Shown here in pieces: positions 1 to 8,062 of a DNA stretch of 32,000 bases. Source of the stretch: an archaeon (lineage in GTDB: Archaea; Iainarchaeota; Iainarchaeia; Iainarchaeales; JANQMZ01); assembly GCA_028279805.1 (NCBI GenBank), contig JANQMZ010000007.1, positions 821,279 to 853,278 on the forward strand. The letters are read 5' to 3'. The translations under genes were made by a program, and so were the position numbers. How positions within the stretch are numbered: the stretch's first letter is position 1; every line of letters starts with the position of its first letter. Below the pieces are notes generated by a model that was not told where the DNA came from, ran no database searches, and was given only the letters and a program-made list of their open reading frames with translations.

Positions 1-140
1 TAACCTGTTTTGCAAACTCCGGCTTGAATTCAATAAAACAAATTCTTGCCAATTCCTTTTTATCAGTTGTTAAATTATAACGCCCAGGAGTAATCAAATC
101 AGTGTTAATGTCTGAACCAAATTTCCAGGTTTTGCCCATT
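1..140 (-). CDS. leuD: 3-isopropylmalate/homoaconitate dehydratase small subunit (LeuD-like), partial (runs off left edge)
   Basis: Reverse-strand translation [46 protein letters not shown] is the classic LeuD N-terminus; it overlaps the LeuC stop. Confidence 0.85.
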
Positions 141-1383
141 ATTTTTCCCTCCATTCAAGTTTTCCGCTTAAAGCAGTTAAAGCAGCAACATACGGGCTAA
201 CCAGATAAATTTCAGATTTTGGTGAACCCATTCTCCCCATATAATTCCTGTTCATTGTTGAAACACAAACATCGTTATCAGCTAAAATTCCCTGGTTTCT
301 GCCCAGACAAGGACCACAACTTGTATTCCCAATAACTGCTCCTGCCTGAGCCAAATCATTAATGATGCCTTCCTTTGTTGCCTGTTTTAAAACTTCCTGT
401 GAAGCAGGCGTTACAATAAAACGCATTCCTTCCTTGACATGTTTTCCCCTGACTATATCGGCAGCAATTCTCAAATCCTCTATCCTGCCATTGGTGCAGG
501 TGCCAATAAAAACCTGGTCAACTTTTGGCACGTTAACCTCACTAATATTTTTAACATTTGCAACATCCGGAGGCACCGCAACAACAGGCTCAATTTCATC
601 AGCATTAATTTCCAGTGTTTCAACAAATTCTGCGTCATCATCTGAAAAAATTTTCTCACCTTTAACTCCTGCCTTTTTTAAAAAATTTAAAGTTGTTTCA
701 TCGGCATTAATCAGACCTGTTTTTGCTCCTGCCTCAATTGCCATATTACTTAAAACAATTCTGTCAGACATGTCAAAATCTTTAATTGTCTGGCCATGAA
801 ATTCTAAAGCCCTGTAATTTGTTTTGATTTTTTTCTGTTTTAATTCTTTTATTATTGTTAACATTAAATCTTTGCTGAAAACCCCGGTCCTCAGCTTTCC
901 GGTAACATTAACTTTAATTGTTTCCGGAACGCGAAACCAGTTTTGGCCTGTTGCCCAGCCAACAGCAATATCAGTTGAACCCATACCCGTGCCAAAACAA
1001 CCGAATGCACCGTAAGTGCATGAATGGGAATCAGCCCCAATAACCACTTCGCCTGGCTTAATAAAGCCTTTTTCCGGCAGAATTTGATGGCAAATGCCTT
1101 GCCCATAAAACATTTCCACATTGTTTTTTTGCGCAAAATCAATTAACCTGCGGTGAATGTTTGCAACATTTTCGTTTGGGGCGGGAACTGCGTGATCAAA
1201 AACTATTACCATTTTATCTGAATATAATTTTTTTGTATTCATTTTTTCAAAAGCTTCTATAGCCAAAGCCGTTGTGGAATCATGTGACATTATTCTGTCC
1301 AACTCAACATTTACAATTTCCCCGGGTTTAACCGGTTTGCCTGCTTTTTTTGAAAAAATTTTTTCACTAATTGTTTGACCCAT
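139..1383 (-). CDS. leuC: 3-isopropylmalate dehydratase / homoaconitase large subunit
   Basis: 414 aa; aconitase-family motifs [60 protein letters not shown]; followed by LeuD. Confidence 0.92.
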   Translation of the reverse strand: MGQTISEKIFSKKAGKPVKPGEIVNVELDRIMSHDSTTALAIEAFEKMNTKKLYSDKMVIVFDHAVPAPNENVANIHRRLIDFAQKNNVEMFYGQGICHQILPEKGFIKPGEVVIGADSHSCTYGAFGCFGTGMGSTDIAVGWATGQNWFRVPETIKVNVTGKLRTGVFSKDLMLTIIKELKQKKIKTNYRALEFHGQTIKDFDMSDRIVLSNMAIEAGAKTGLINADETTLNFLKKAGVKGEKIFSDDDAEFVETLEINADEIEPVVAVPPDVANVKNISEVNVPKVDQVFIGTCTNGRIEDLRIAADIVRGKHVKEGMRFIVTPASQEVLKQATKEGIINDLAQAGAVIGNTSCGPCLGRNQGILADNDVCVSTMNRNYMGRMGSPKSEIYLVSPYVAALTALSGKLEWREK

Positions 1384-2731
1384 TTAACTCACTCATAATA
1401 ATTCTGGAATTTGTTTTTTTAACCTTTTTTATTGAATTAATTTTATCAATCAAATTATCCAGTTCTGAAACATTTTTTGTTTTAACAAAAGCCAAAATGT
1501 CATAATTGCCTGCAACTTCCAAAACTTTTTCAACAAAAGGCATTGACAATAATTCTTTTGACAATTTTTTGCTCGAGCTTGTCTGATTACTTTTAATTGA
1601 TATGACTGCCTTAATTTTTTTACCGGATTTTATTTCACCTGAACCGTTTTCCACTAAAGTAATTATGTCAGCATCTTTAACCCAGCGTTTTTTTGACTCT
1701 TTTAATTTTTGAAACACTTCCAAAAACTTTTTTTCATCCAGTTTTACTCCCAGTTCATTTAATTTGTTTTCAAAAGCTTTTTTTCCCGCAAACTGGTCAA
1801 CAACAATTGTTCTTTTTCTTGCAAATTTTTCAGGATTAATAACTTCATAACTTTCAGGATTTTTTAAAACAGCATTTGTATGCAAACCGGCTTTATGTGA
1901 AAAAGCATTCCTGCCAACAATCGGGGCGTTTCTTGCCAAACCCAGCCCTGAATATTTTCCAACCAATCTGCTTAACTCCGGCAAAACGCTGAAATTCCAC
2001 CCGTTTTGAGCATTATAAAGCGTATCCAAAGAAACAGCCAATTCAGCCAAAGGCGTAATTCCCGCTCTCTCTCCCAAACCATTCACAGTAACATCTGCCA
2101 GTTTTGCTCCAGCTTCAAATGCAGCCAAGCAATTTGCTGTTGCCAGCCCAAAATCATTATGGCAATGCACATTCAATTCAATTTTTGATTTTTGTAAAAT
2201 TTGTTCAACCAAAACTTTCATTTTTTCAGGAGTCATTGTTCCGACAGTATCAGCCAGACTAATCCTGTCAGCTTTGCTTTCCATTTCATTGCAAATTTTT
2301 ACAAAATAATCCAACTTCGTCCTAGTCCCATCTTCCGGAGTAAACCTGATTTTTAATCCATGTGATTTTGCATATTCAACAGCTTCCAATCCTTTTTCCA
2401 AAACCTGTTCTTTTGTCAAATTGTATTTTGTTTTAATTCCGATGTCCGATGTGCTGATAAAAATTCCGACCCAGTCACAATTGCAATCTAATACTGCATC
2501 AACATCTTGTTTTAGAGCACGCGCGTGTCCAAGAATTTGTGCATTTAATTTTAATGAACTTAATTTTTTTACCGATTCTTTTAATTGTTTTGAAACAAAT
2601 GGTTGCCCGGCCTCAATTACATTCACGCCAAATTTATCAAGCAAAGTGGCAATTTCAATTTTTTGTTTCTGGCTGAACAAAACTCCTCTAGTCAGTTCTC
2701 CCTCTCTTAAAGTTGAATCTAATAATTCCAT
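1367..2731 (-). CDS. Homocitrate/2-isopropylmalate synthase family enzyme with C-terminal Lrp/AsnC-type RAM (ACT-like) domain
   Basis: LDSTLREGELTRG, VHCHNDFGLATAN and GLGERAGITPL motifs; the C-terminal ~75 aa (KLSKELLSMPFVEKVLEVAGNYDILAFVKTKNVSELDNLIDKINSIKKVKKTNSRIIM) matches the Lrp effector-binding fold. Confidence 0.85.
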   Translation of the reverse strand: MELLDSTLREGELTRGVLFSQKQKIEIATLLDKFGVNVIEAGQPFVSKQLKESVKKLSSLKLNAQILGHARALKQDVDAVLDCNCDWVGIFISTSDIGIKTKYNLTKEQVLEKGLEAVEYAKSHGLKIRFTPEDGTRTKLDYFVKICNEMESKADRISLADTVGTMTPEKMKVLVEQILQKSKIELNVHCHNDFGLATANCLAAFEAGAKLADVTVNGLGERAGITPLAELAVSLDTLYNAQNGWNFSVLPELSRLVGKYSGLGLARNAPIVGRNAFSHKAGLHTNAVLKNPESYEVINPEKFARKRTIVVDQFAGKKAFENKLNELGVKLDEKKFLEVFQKLKESKKRWVKDADIITLVENGSGEIKSGKKIKAVISIKSNQTSSSKKLSKELLSMPFVEKVLEVAGNYDILAFVKTKNVSELDNLIDKINSIKKVKKTNSRIIMSELNGSNN

Positions 2732-2976
2732 TATTTTTCACCTAATATTACTAATGATTCAACGTTTTTGACATCATCTATTGCTGAAACATTGTCAACA
2801 AAATTGTTGAAATGTTCTGTGTTCAAAAAACTGCCAATTAAAACTATATCCGTTTTTCCTGAAACTTCAAACACTTTTTGTGTTTCTTTAAATTCTTTCA
2901 GTCTTTCAACAACTGTTGCTGTGTTTTTGTTGCTTTCCACATCAATGTGTAAAAACGCTTCAATTTTCCCGCTCAT
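2731..2976 (-). CDS. Stand-alone Lrp/AsnC effector-binding (RAM) domain protein
   Basis: 81 aa, FLHIDVESNKNTATVVERLKEFKETQKVFEVSGKTDIVLIGSF...VKNVESLVILGEK; no HTH; 1-nt overlap with the synthase gene. Confidence 0.75.
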   Translation of the reverse strand: MSGKIEAFLHIDVESNKNTATVVERLKEFKETQKVFEVSGKTDIVLIGSFLNTEHFNNFVDNVSAIDDVKNVESLVILGEK

Positions 2977-3126
2977 ATACTATAATCCCAGAAAAAGCTT
3001 TAAAAAACAAAATTAAACGCGACTTCAGACCGCCCATCAATCTTCATCCTCTTGCGAGTCAGTTTCATCGTCAGGTCATCAAAAGCCGCAATAATATTAT
3101 TGCAGTAAAACTATTTAAAAGCAGGA

Positions 3127-3321
3127 TTAAGCTCTTCTTCTTTGTCTTTTTGCTCCGGGTGGCTTGTTTCCGCTCCAGCCGGTTACAACATTTCCTGTCA
3201 AATGCTTTGATGTAATAAAATTAATTCTTTCCCATGCGGTTGCAGGCCTGGTTCTTCCTTCTTCTACAACAAATAGCCGTGTTTTTCCGCCAACATTTTT
3301 TTCAACAAATTCTTTAACCAT
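3127..3321 (-). CDS. Small basic protein of unknown function
   Basis: 64 aa ORF with a basic C-terminus (KPPGAKRQRRRA); minus-strand TATA-like TTAAAAATAT at ~3341-3350 lies ~25 nt upstream of the ATG, consistent with a leaderless transcript. Confidence 0.45.
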   Translation of the reverse strand: MVKEFVEKNVGGKTRLFVVEEGRTRPATAWERINFITSKHLTGNVVTGWSGNKPPGAKRQRRRA

Positions 3322-3412
3322 ACTAAAATAGTTTGTTTGAATATTTTTAATCTTTTACCTGTTTTTAGCCAAAAAAAGCTTTTTTAAGCATTTAATGCTT
3401 TTTTTTTGTTGA

Positions 3413-3589
3413 ATGGCTTCAAATGTTTCAAAAGAACTTTTAAACGTGTTAGCCTGTCCCAAATGCAAATCAGGTTTAAAGCATGATTCTGCTAAAAAAA
3501 GGCTTTTATGCAAGAAATGCTCAGTTTTTTATGAAATAAAACATGGAATTCCGCTTGCTTTGGAAGACAAAGCAAAAAAAATACCATAA
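3413..3589 (+). CDS. Trm112/YcaR-like zinc-ribbon protein (58 aa; absent from the ORF track)
   Basis: Translation MASNVSKELLNVLACPKCKSGLKHDSAKKRLLCKKCSVFYEIKHGIPLALEDKAKKIP has the Trm112-type LxCPxCK ... CxxCxxxYxIxxGIPxxL signature. Confidence 0.85.
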   Translation: MASNVSKELLNVLACPKCKSGLKHDSAKKRLLCKKCSVFYEIKHGIPLALEDKAKKIP

Positions 3590-3689
3590 ATCGTTCAAAT
3601 TTCACAACACTATGCCTTTAAATTCCCTCTGTCACACTATTTACTTATAAAATTCTTATTCTTATGATTAAAATTTTGGGGGTTTTTTT

Positions 3690-4064
3690 ATGACTGCAAA
3701 AAAAACAGAAAAATCAGAGAAAGCATCAGATGATGCGGAAATGGATGAATCAAAGTTACCCTTTCCTCGTGCCACAATTGTTAACATGGTTAGAAAAAAT
3801 TTGGATCAGAATAAACAAATCAAAGGCCGTGTTAAAGACGAAATGAACATTTGGCTTGGAAAACTTGTTGAAAAACTTTCCAAAAAAATGAATTCATATC
3901 CTTACACTTACGTTGACTACGGAATGTTTAAAGACGCAATAAGTGTTTATGAACAAATGGAAGAAATTGAGGATGAAAAAGAACGCATAATAAAATACTT
4001 AGACAAAATAAAAGCAGACTTGGAAATGTTAGAAAAAGAAGTTGACAAAAAATTCAAATTGTAA
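3690..4064 (+). CDS. Hypothetical protein, possible divergent histone-fold domain with C-terminal coiled coil
   Basis: 124 aa; LPFPRATIVNMVRKNL...KGRVKDEMNIWLGKLVEKLSKKM...YVDYGMFKDAI resembles the three-helix archaeal histone pattern, followed by an EMEEIEDEKERIIKYLDKIKADLEMLEKEV-type heptad region. Confidence 0.45.
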   Translation: MTAKKTEKSEKASDDAEMDESKLPFPRATIVNMVRKNLDQNKQIKGRVKDEMNIWLGKLVEKLSKKMNSYPYTYVDYGMFKDAISVYEQMEEIEDEKERIIKYLDKIKADLEMLEKEVDKKFKL

Positions 4065-4104
4065 AATCAACTTTTTTTTCTCTTCTTTTAATGTGATATT
4101 TGTT

Positions 4105-5220
4105 TTACTTATTCAAATGAACTATTCTTTCAATTTTAATTCCCTCTTGTTTGGAATTATTTAAAACTTTTTTGGAAACAGGAATTTTGTCAGTCATCAT
4201 ACCACTCACTTTAAAACCGCAGTCTTTTGCAAGACTACAAAACAGTTTTCCCATATTAATTATTTGTGGACCAGTCACTCTCTTATTTTTAACATCTCCC
4301 ACAACAACAAATGCATTTCCTCCGGGTTTCATTACTCTTTTTAATTCAACTAAAGTTTCTTTCATAAATTGCGAATAAACATTTAAAGAACCCGACTCCA
4401 TTAGTTTTGATTTAACTTCTTTGTAATCATATCCCAAGAACCAATGCCGAAGCCAATTATCATAAGCATATGTTTGTATATTGAGGTATGGGGGAGAAAA
4501 AAACGCCAAATCAACTGTGCAATCTTTTAATGAAATATCTCTTGAATCGCTATTTAAAGCACGTCCTTTATATTTTAAGTTGTTGTTAATTAATAGCTCT
4601 TCTCCTCTTTGCTTAAGTGCTTCAATAATATCTCTTCTTGGTCTTTTTAATCCATGCTTTTTTGCATATTTTTTGACATAGGTTGGAGACATAGAATAGG
4701 AATGGGAACAACGAAGCGAAAAGCTTTTTTGTGAATTTCCGTGTAAAAGCCCCAACGCAACCCCTTTTATAAAATTAGCTGATTTTGAGTTGTCTTCCTT
4801 TAAAATAGTCTTTAGTTCAATTAGTCTTTTCAAAGTGGTGGGATTGTAAAAAACTTTTACTTTGGGATCCACATTTTTTATTGATTTTATATAGCCCATT
4901 TTGTTTTCAATCTGGGTTAATTTTTTTTTATAGCTTGACAATTTTATGGGGTTCAATTTAGCATATGTTAAAATATGGGCTTCCGGAGAAACATCATTGC
5001 CTATAGATTTTCTATCAAGTAATGCTGCTTCTAAGGGCGCAGTTCCCTTTCCCGAAAAAATATCCAGGAAAACATCTCCCTTATTTGAATATTTTTCTAT
5101 AAAATATCTTGGCATGAGAGGCGGGAAAGAGCATATTCTAGAACACATTTTGTGTAAAGGATTTATGTCTCTCTTCTTCGATTTCCAGAAACTATTTTCT
5201 TCAAGTTTTATATCATACAT
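4105..5220 (-). CDS. DNA methyltransferase (N4-cytosine/N6-adenine type, SPPY motif)
   Basis: 371 aa; motif I DIFSGKGTAPLEA, motif IV SPPY (LAFFSPPYLNIQTYAYDNW), and RVMKPGGNAFVVVGDV. Confidence 0.88.
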   Translation of the reverse strand: MYDIKLEENSFWKSKKRDINPLHKMCSRICSFPPLMPRYFIEKYSNKGDVFLDIFSGKGTAPLEAALLDRKSIGNDVSPEAHILTYAKLNPIKLSSYKKKLTQIENKMGYIKSIKNVDPKVKVFYNPTTLKRLIELKTILKEDNSKSANFIKGVALGLLHGNSQKSFSLRCSHSYSMSPTYVKKYAKKHGLKRPRRDIIEALKQRGEELLINNNLKYKGRALNSDSRDISLKDCTVDLAFFSPPYLNIQTYAYDNWLRHWFLGYDYKEVKSKLMESGSLNVYSQFMKETLVELKRVMKPGGNAFVVVGDVKNKRVTGPQIINMGKLFCSLAKDCGFKVSGMMTDKIPVSKKVLNNSKQEGIKIERIVHLNK

Positions 5221-5232
5221 TTTTTCGCCACT

Positions 5233-6225
5233 CTAAAATTTAATAGAAAGTTTCTTGGCTAAAGTTTTCATTTCTTTCATCAACTTGGTTATTATCTTTT
5301 TTTTCCTTTTATTATTTTTTATTTCATCTATTCTTTGTCTGCTAATGGCCTCGATTTTGTCTAAAAAATTCTGTGCTTCACGAATAAAAACATCTGACAT
5401 CTCTGGTTTATTGTTAAAAACTACCTCTTTCGCTTTTCCAAGAGTCCATTTTCCTTCAAAATATTTCTTTTGGGCTTTTTTATCTTTAAGAACTACTCGT
5501 GTCAGATCTCTAACATCCCTAGTTTCAAGATTATCTTCAGTTATTTTTTTAATTAATTTTTTATCTAATTTTTTATCTTTTTTTTTCGCTTTTAAATAGT
5601 CAGTTGATTTATTAATCTCATAATATTTGGTAAATTCTTTAGGATTAGAAATTTTGTTTTTTACCATAAAGTCAAACGTTTTTATGTAGTCCTGAATCTG
5701 TTTTTCAGGATAACGACTAACTTCTACTAATTCCTTAAAAGAAGCGCCTTCTCGTTTTCTTCTCTTAAACCAGACTGCAAGTTCATATGGCTCCCAATCT
5801 TTCTTTTGAATTATATGAACTCTTCCAAGTAAATAATCGATATCTGGCTGGGAAATTTTTTCTTTTATTACTTGGCATGGCACATTGGACCATTTTGTTT
5901 TTTCACTAGAAGTTTTAGCTTTTCTGTCAAGCTCCTTTAAAATACATAACCTAGTATTTCCCTCTAGCACTTTATTTTTGTAAACAATTAGTGGCTCATT
6001 AATTGCACCATCTGTTTCTATCACTTCCTTTAGTTTTCTTGTTGGTTCCGAATGTTTTTCCCAAAATAATTCTTCAATTTTTTTTTCAGTCAATGCACCT
6101 TTTTCTCTTTCAAGAATAGAAATTAATCTAGGATTCTCTTGGTAAAATTTTAGTTTCGATAACGGAACTTCTTTTATTTCTGTTTCAACTTTTTTATTTT
6201 TTCCAATTACAAGATATGATGACAT
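5233..6225 (-). CDS. ParB/Srx-superfamily protein B (ParB-like N-terminal domain)
   Basis: 330 aa; EIPLSKLKFYQENPRL ... INEPLIVYKNKVLEGNTRLCILKEL, then a helical region with an HTH-like segment. Confidence 0.75.
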   Translation of the reverse strand: MSSYLVIGKNKKVETEIKEVPLSKLKFYQENPRLISILEREKGALTEKKIEELFWEKHSEPTRKLKEVIETDGAINEPLIVYKNKVLEGNTRLCILKELDRKAKTSSEKTKWSNVPCQVIKEKISQPDIDYLLGRVHIIQKKDWEPYELAVWFKRRKREGASFKELVEVSRYPEKQIQDYIKTFDFMVKNKISNPKEFTKYYEINKSTDYLKAKKKDKKLDKKLIKKITEDNLETRDVRDLTRVVLKDKKAQKKYFEGKWTLGKAKEVVFNNKPEMSDVFIREAQNFLDKIEAISRQRIDEIKNNKRKKKIITKLMKEMKTLAKKLSIKF

Positions 6226-6228
6226 GGT

Positions 6229-7653
6229 TTACCCCAGAAGTTCAACCAACTCTTCTTTAGATAATAAGTTTCCTTCTTTATAACTCGTAATGTCCCCCTG
6301 AATGTATTTTGCTATTTCTTCCTTCCTTTTGAGTAAATAATCAACATATTCATCAATTGTATCTTTTGCGACAAGTAAGTGAATAAAACAGTTTTTTTTT
6401 TGTGAAATTCTATGAATCCTATCCTGAGATTGCATAAAATCAACCAAATTAAAATTTCTATCCAAGTATATGGCGTTGCTTGCAGCAGTTAATGTTAGGC
6501 CCTCTCTAGCTGCAGCGGGGTTTGCCAGCAAAATTTTATATTCCGGGTAATTTTGAAATTTTTTAACTGAGGCATTTCTTTTTTCCATAGTCATTTTTCC
6601 ATAAATCATCACAGGATTAAATTTAGAATATCTTTTTCTAAGTATTGAAATGTTTTCAATGAAAGAGGTCCAAATAATAACTTTTTGTTTTTTCTTTGTC
6701 AAATTTAAAATTAATTGATCAAGAGCTTTAAATTTAGCAGGCACTTCATCATAAGCTTTGTCAATCAGATAAGGATTGCTTGTTATTTGAATCAATCTTA
6801 AAAGTTTTACAAAAATTTCTTCTGCTTTTAAAATAATTTCATTTCCGTTCAAGTCTTTTATTTCCAAAAACAATTTTTCTTTTAATCTTTTGTACATTTC
6901 CTTTTGATCTTTTTCTAAAATAACAGGAACGTTTATTATTTTCTTGCTAGGCAAATCCAATTCAGGAAGTTCTCCTTTGGTTCTACGCAACGATATTTTT
7001 TCAATTTTTTCTTTTAAGACTTTTAGTTTGCTTTGGTTAACTTCTTTTTTCAAATCAAAATCAAACTCTTTTTTAAATTTTTTAAAATCCTTTCCGAACG
7101 TTTTTCCATCATCCAAGAAAAAAAACTGCGCCCACAAGTCTATGGGTTTATTTGCTATGGGAGTTCCGCTAAGTATTATTTTTTTTCCCGGTAAGTTGGC
7201 TAATTTAAACAATTGAAGCGTTATTTTAGCTTCTGGATTTTTTATTTTGTGAGATTCATCAAGAACAAGAGCCATTTTTCTAATTTTAAGTAACTCTTCA
7301 ATCATTTTATTTTCTCTTATAAGAGATTCATAGCCAATAATATAAAAATAAGAAAATCCAAGCCCTTTCCTTTGCCTGGTTTTTCTGTTCCCGGTTATTT
7401 CAGTACAAGAGAGATTGCTATGTTTTTCTATTTCCTCTAACCAATTTTTAATTAATGTTTTTTTACATACAACTATTGCGCCATTTAGTTTTTTTTCTGC
7501 AAAGTTTTTACAAAGTGCATCAATAACAATTTTTGTTTTTCCTAGTCCCTGTTCATCAAAAAGAGATACAACATCCTCTTTTTCAACGAAATCAATTGCA
7601 ATGCTTTGATGCGCAAAAGGATTTGTTTTAATTTTAAATTTATTTTTTTTCAT
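6229..7653 (-). CDS. SNF2-family superfamily 2 ATPase/translocase
   Basis: 474 aa; Walker A DEQGLGKTKI, DESH box (LVLDESHKIKN), SGTPIANKPIDLW, and motif VI SQDRIHRISQ. Confidence 0.92.
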   Translation of the reverse strand: MKKNKFKIKTNPFAHQSIAIDFVEKEDVVSLFDEQGLGKTKIVIDALCKNFAEKKLNGAIVVCKKTLIKNWLEEIEKHSNLSCTEITGNRKTRQRKGLGFSYFYIIGYESLIRENKMIEELLKIRKMALVLDESHKIKNPEAKITLQLFKLANLPGKKIILSGTPIANKPIDLWAQFFFLDDGKTFGKDFKKFKKEFDFDLKKEVNQSKLKVLKEKIEKISLRRTKGELPELDLPSKKIINVPVILEKDQKEMYKRLKEKLFLEIKDLNGNEIILKAEEIFVKLLRLIQITSNPYLIDKAYDEVPAKFKALDQLILNLTKKKQKVIIWTSFIENISILRKRYSKFNPVMIYGKMTMEKRNASVKKFQNYPEYKILLANPAAAREGLTLTAASNAIYLDRNFNLVDFMQSQDRIHRISQKKNCFIHLLVAKDTIDEYVDYLLKRKEEIAKYIQGDITSYKEGNLLSKEELVELLG

Positions 7654-8062
7654 TTGGTAGCAACCTGTCTGGAATTTTTAATATGTCTATGTTTTTTCTA
7701 TCAAGCAAACCCTGCTGGCTTAATATTTTTTCCAATTTTTTTTCACAAGATAATGGTATGCCCACTATTAGCCTTATTGATTCACTGTCATTAATTTTTG
7801 ATTTTGAAAAGTCCAAAAGCTGCTCTTTTGTTCTTTTACTTGAAAGATCTTTTGAGGATTTAGCTTCCCCAATTATTAAATTTCCAGACTCGGGATCAAC
7901 ACCTACCACATCTGGTCGATGTCTAACTATTTTTGGAGGCATGTATAATTTCAAATCTGAAACGTCTTTTGGGTTGTCATCAAAGCAAACTACGTGATAT
8001 CCCTCATTTCTTATCTTTTTTGCGAGAAGGGTTGCTATAATTCTGTGAGTATTAGACGGCAT
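7640..8062 (-). CDS. Predicted PD-(D/E)XK nuclease
   Basis: 140 aa; RHRPDVVGVDPESGNLIIGEAKSSKDL matches the PD...ExK core; start overlaps the upstream gene stop by 1 nt (TAATG). Confidence 0.72.
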   Translation of the reverse strand: MPSNTHRIIATLLAKKIRNEGYHVVCFDDNPKDVSDLKLYMPPKIVRHRPDVVGVDPESGNLIIGEAKSSKDLSSKRTKEQLLDFSKSKINDSESIRLIVGIPLSCEKKLEKILSQQGLLDRKNIDILKIPDRLLPNEKK

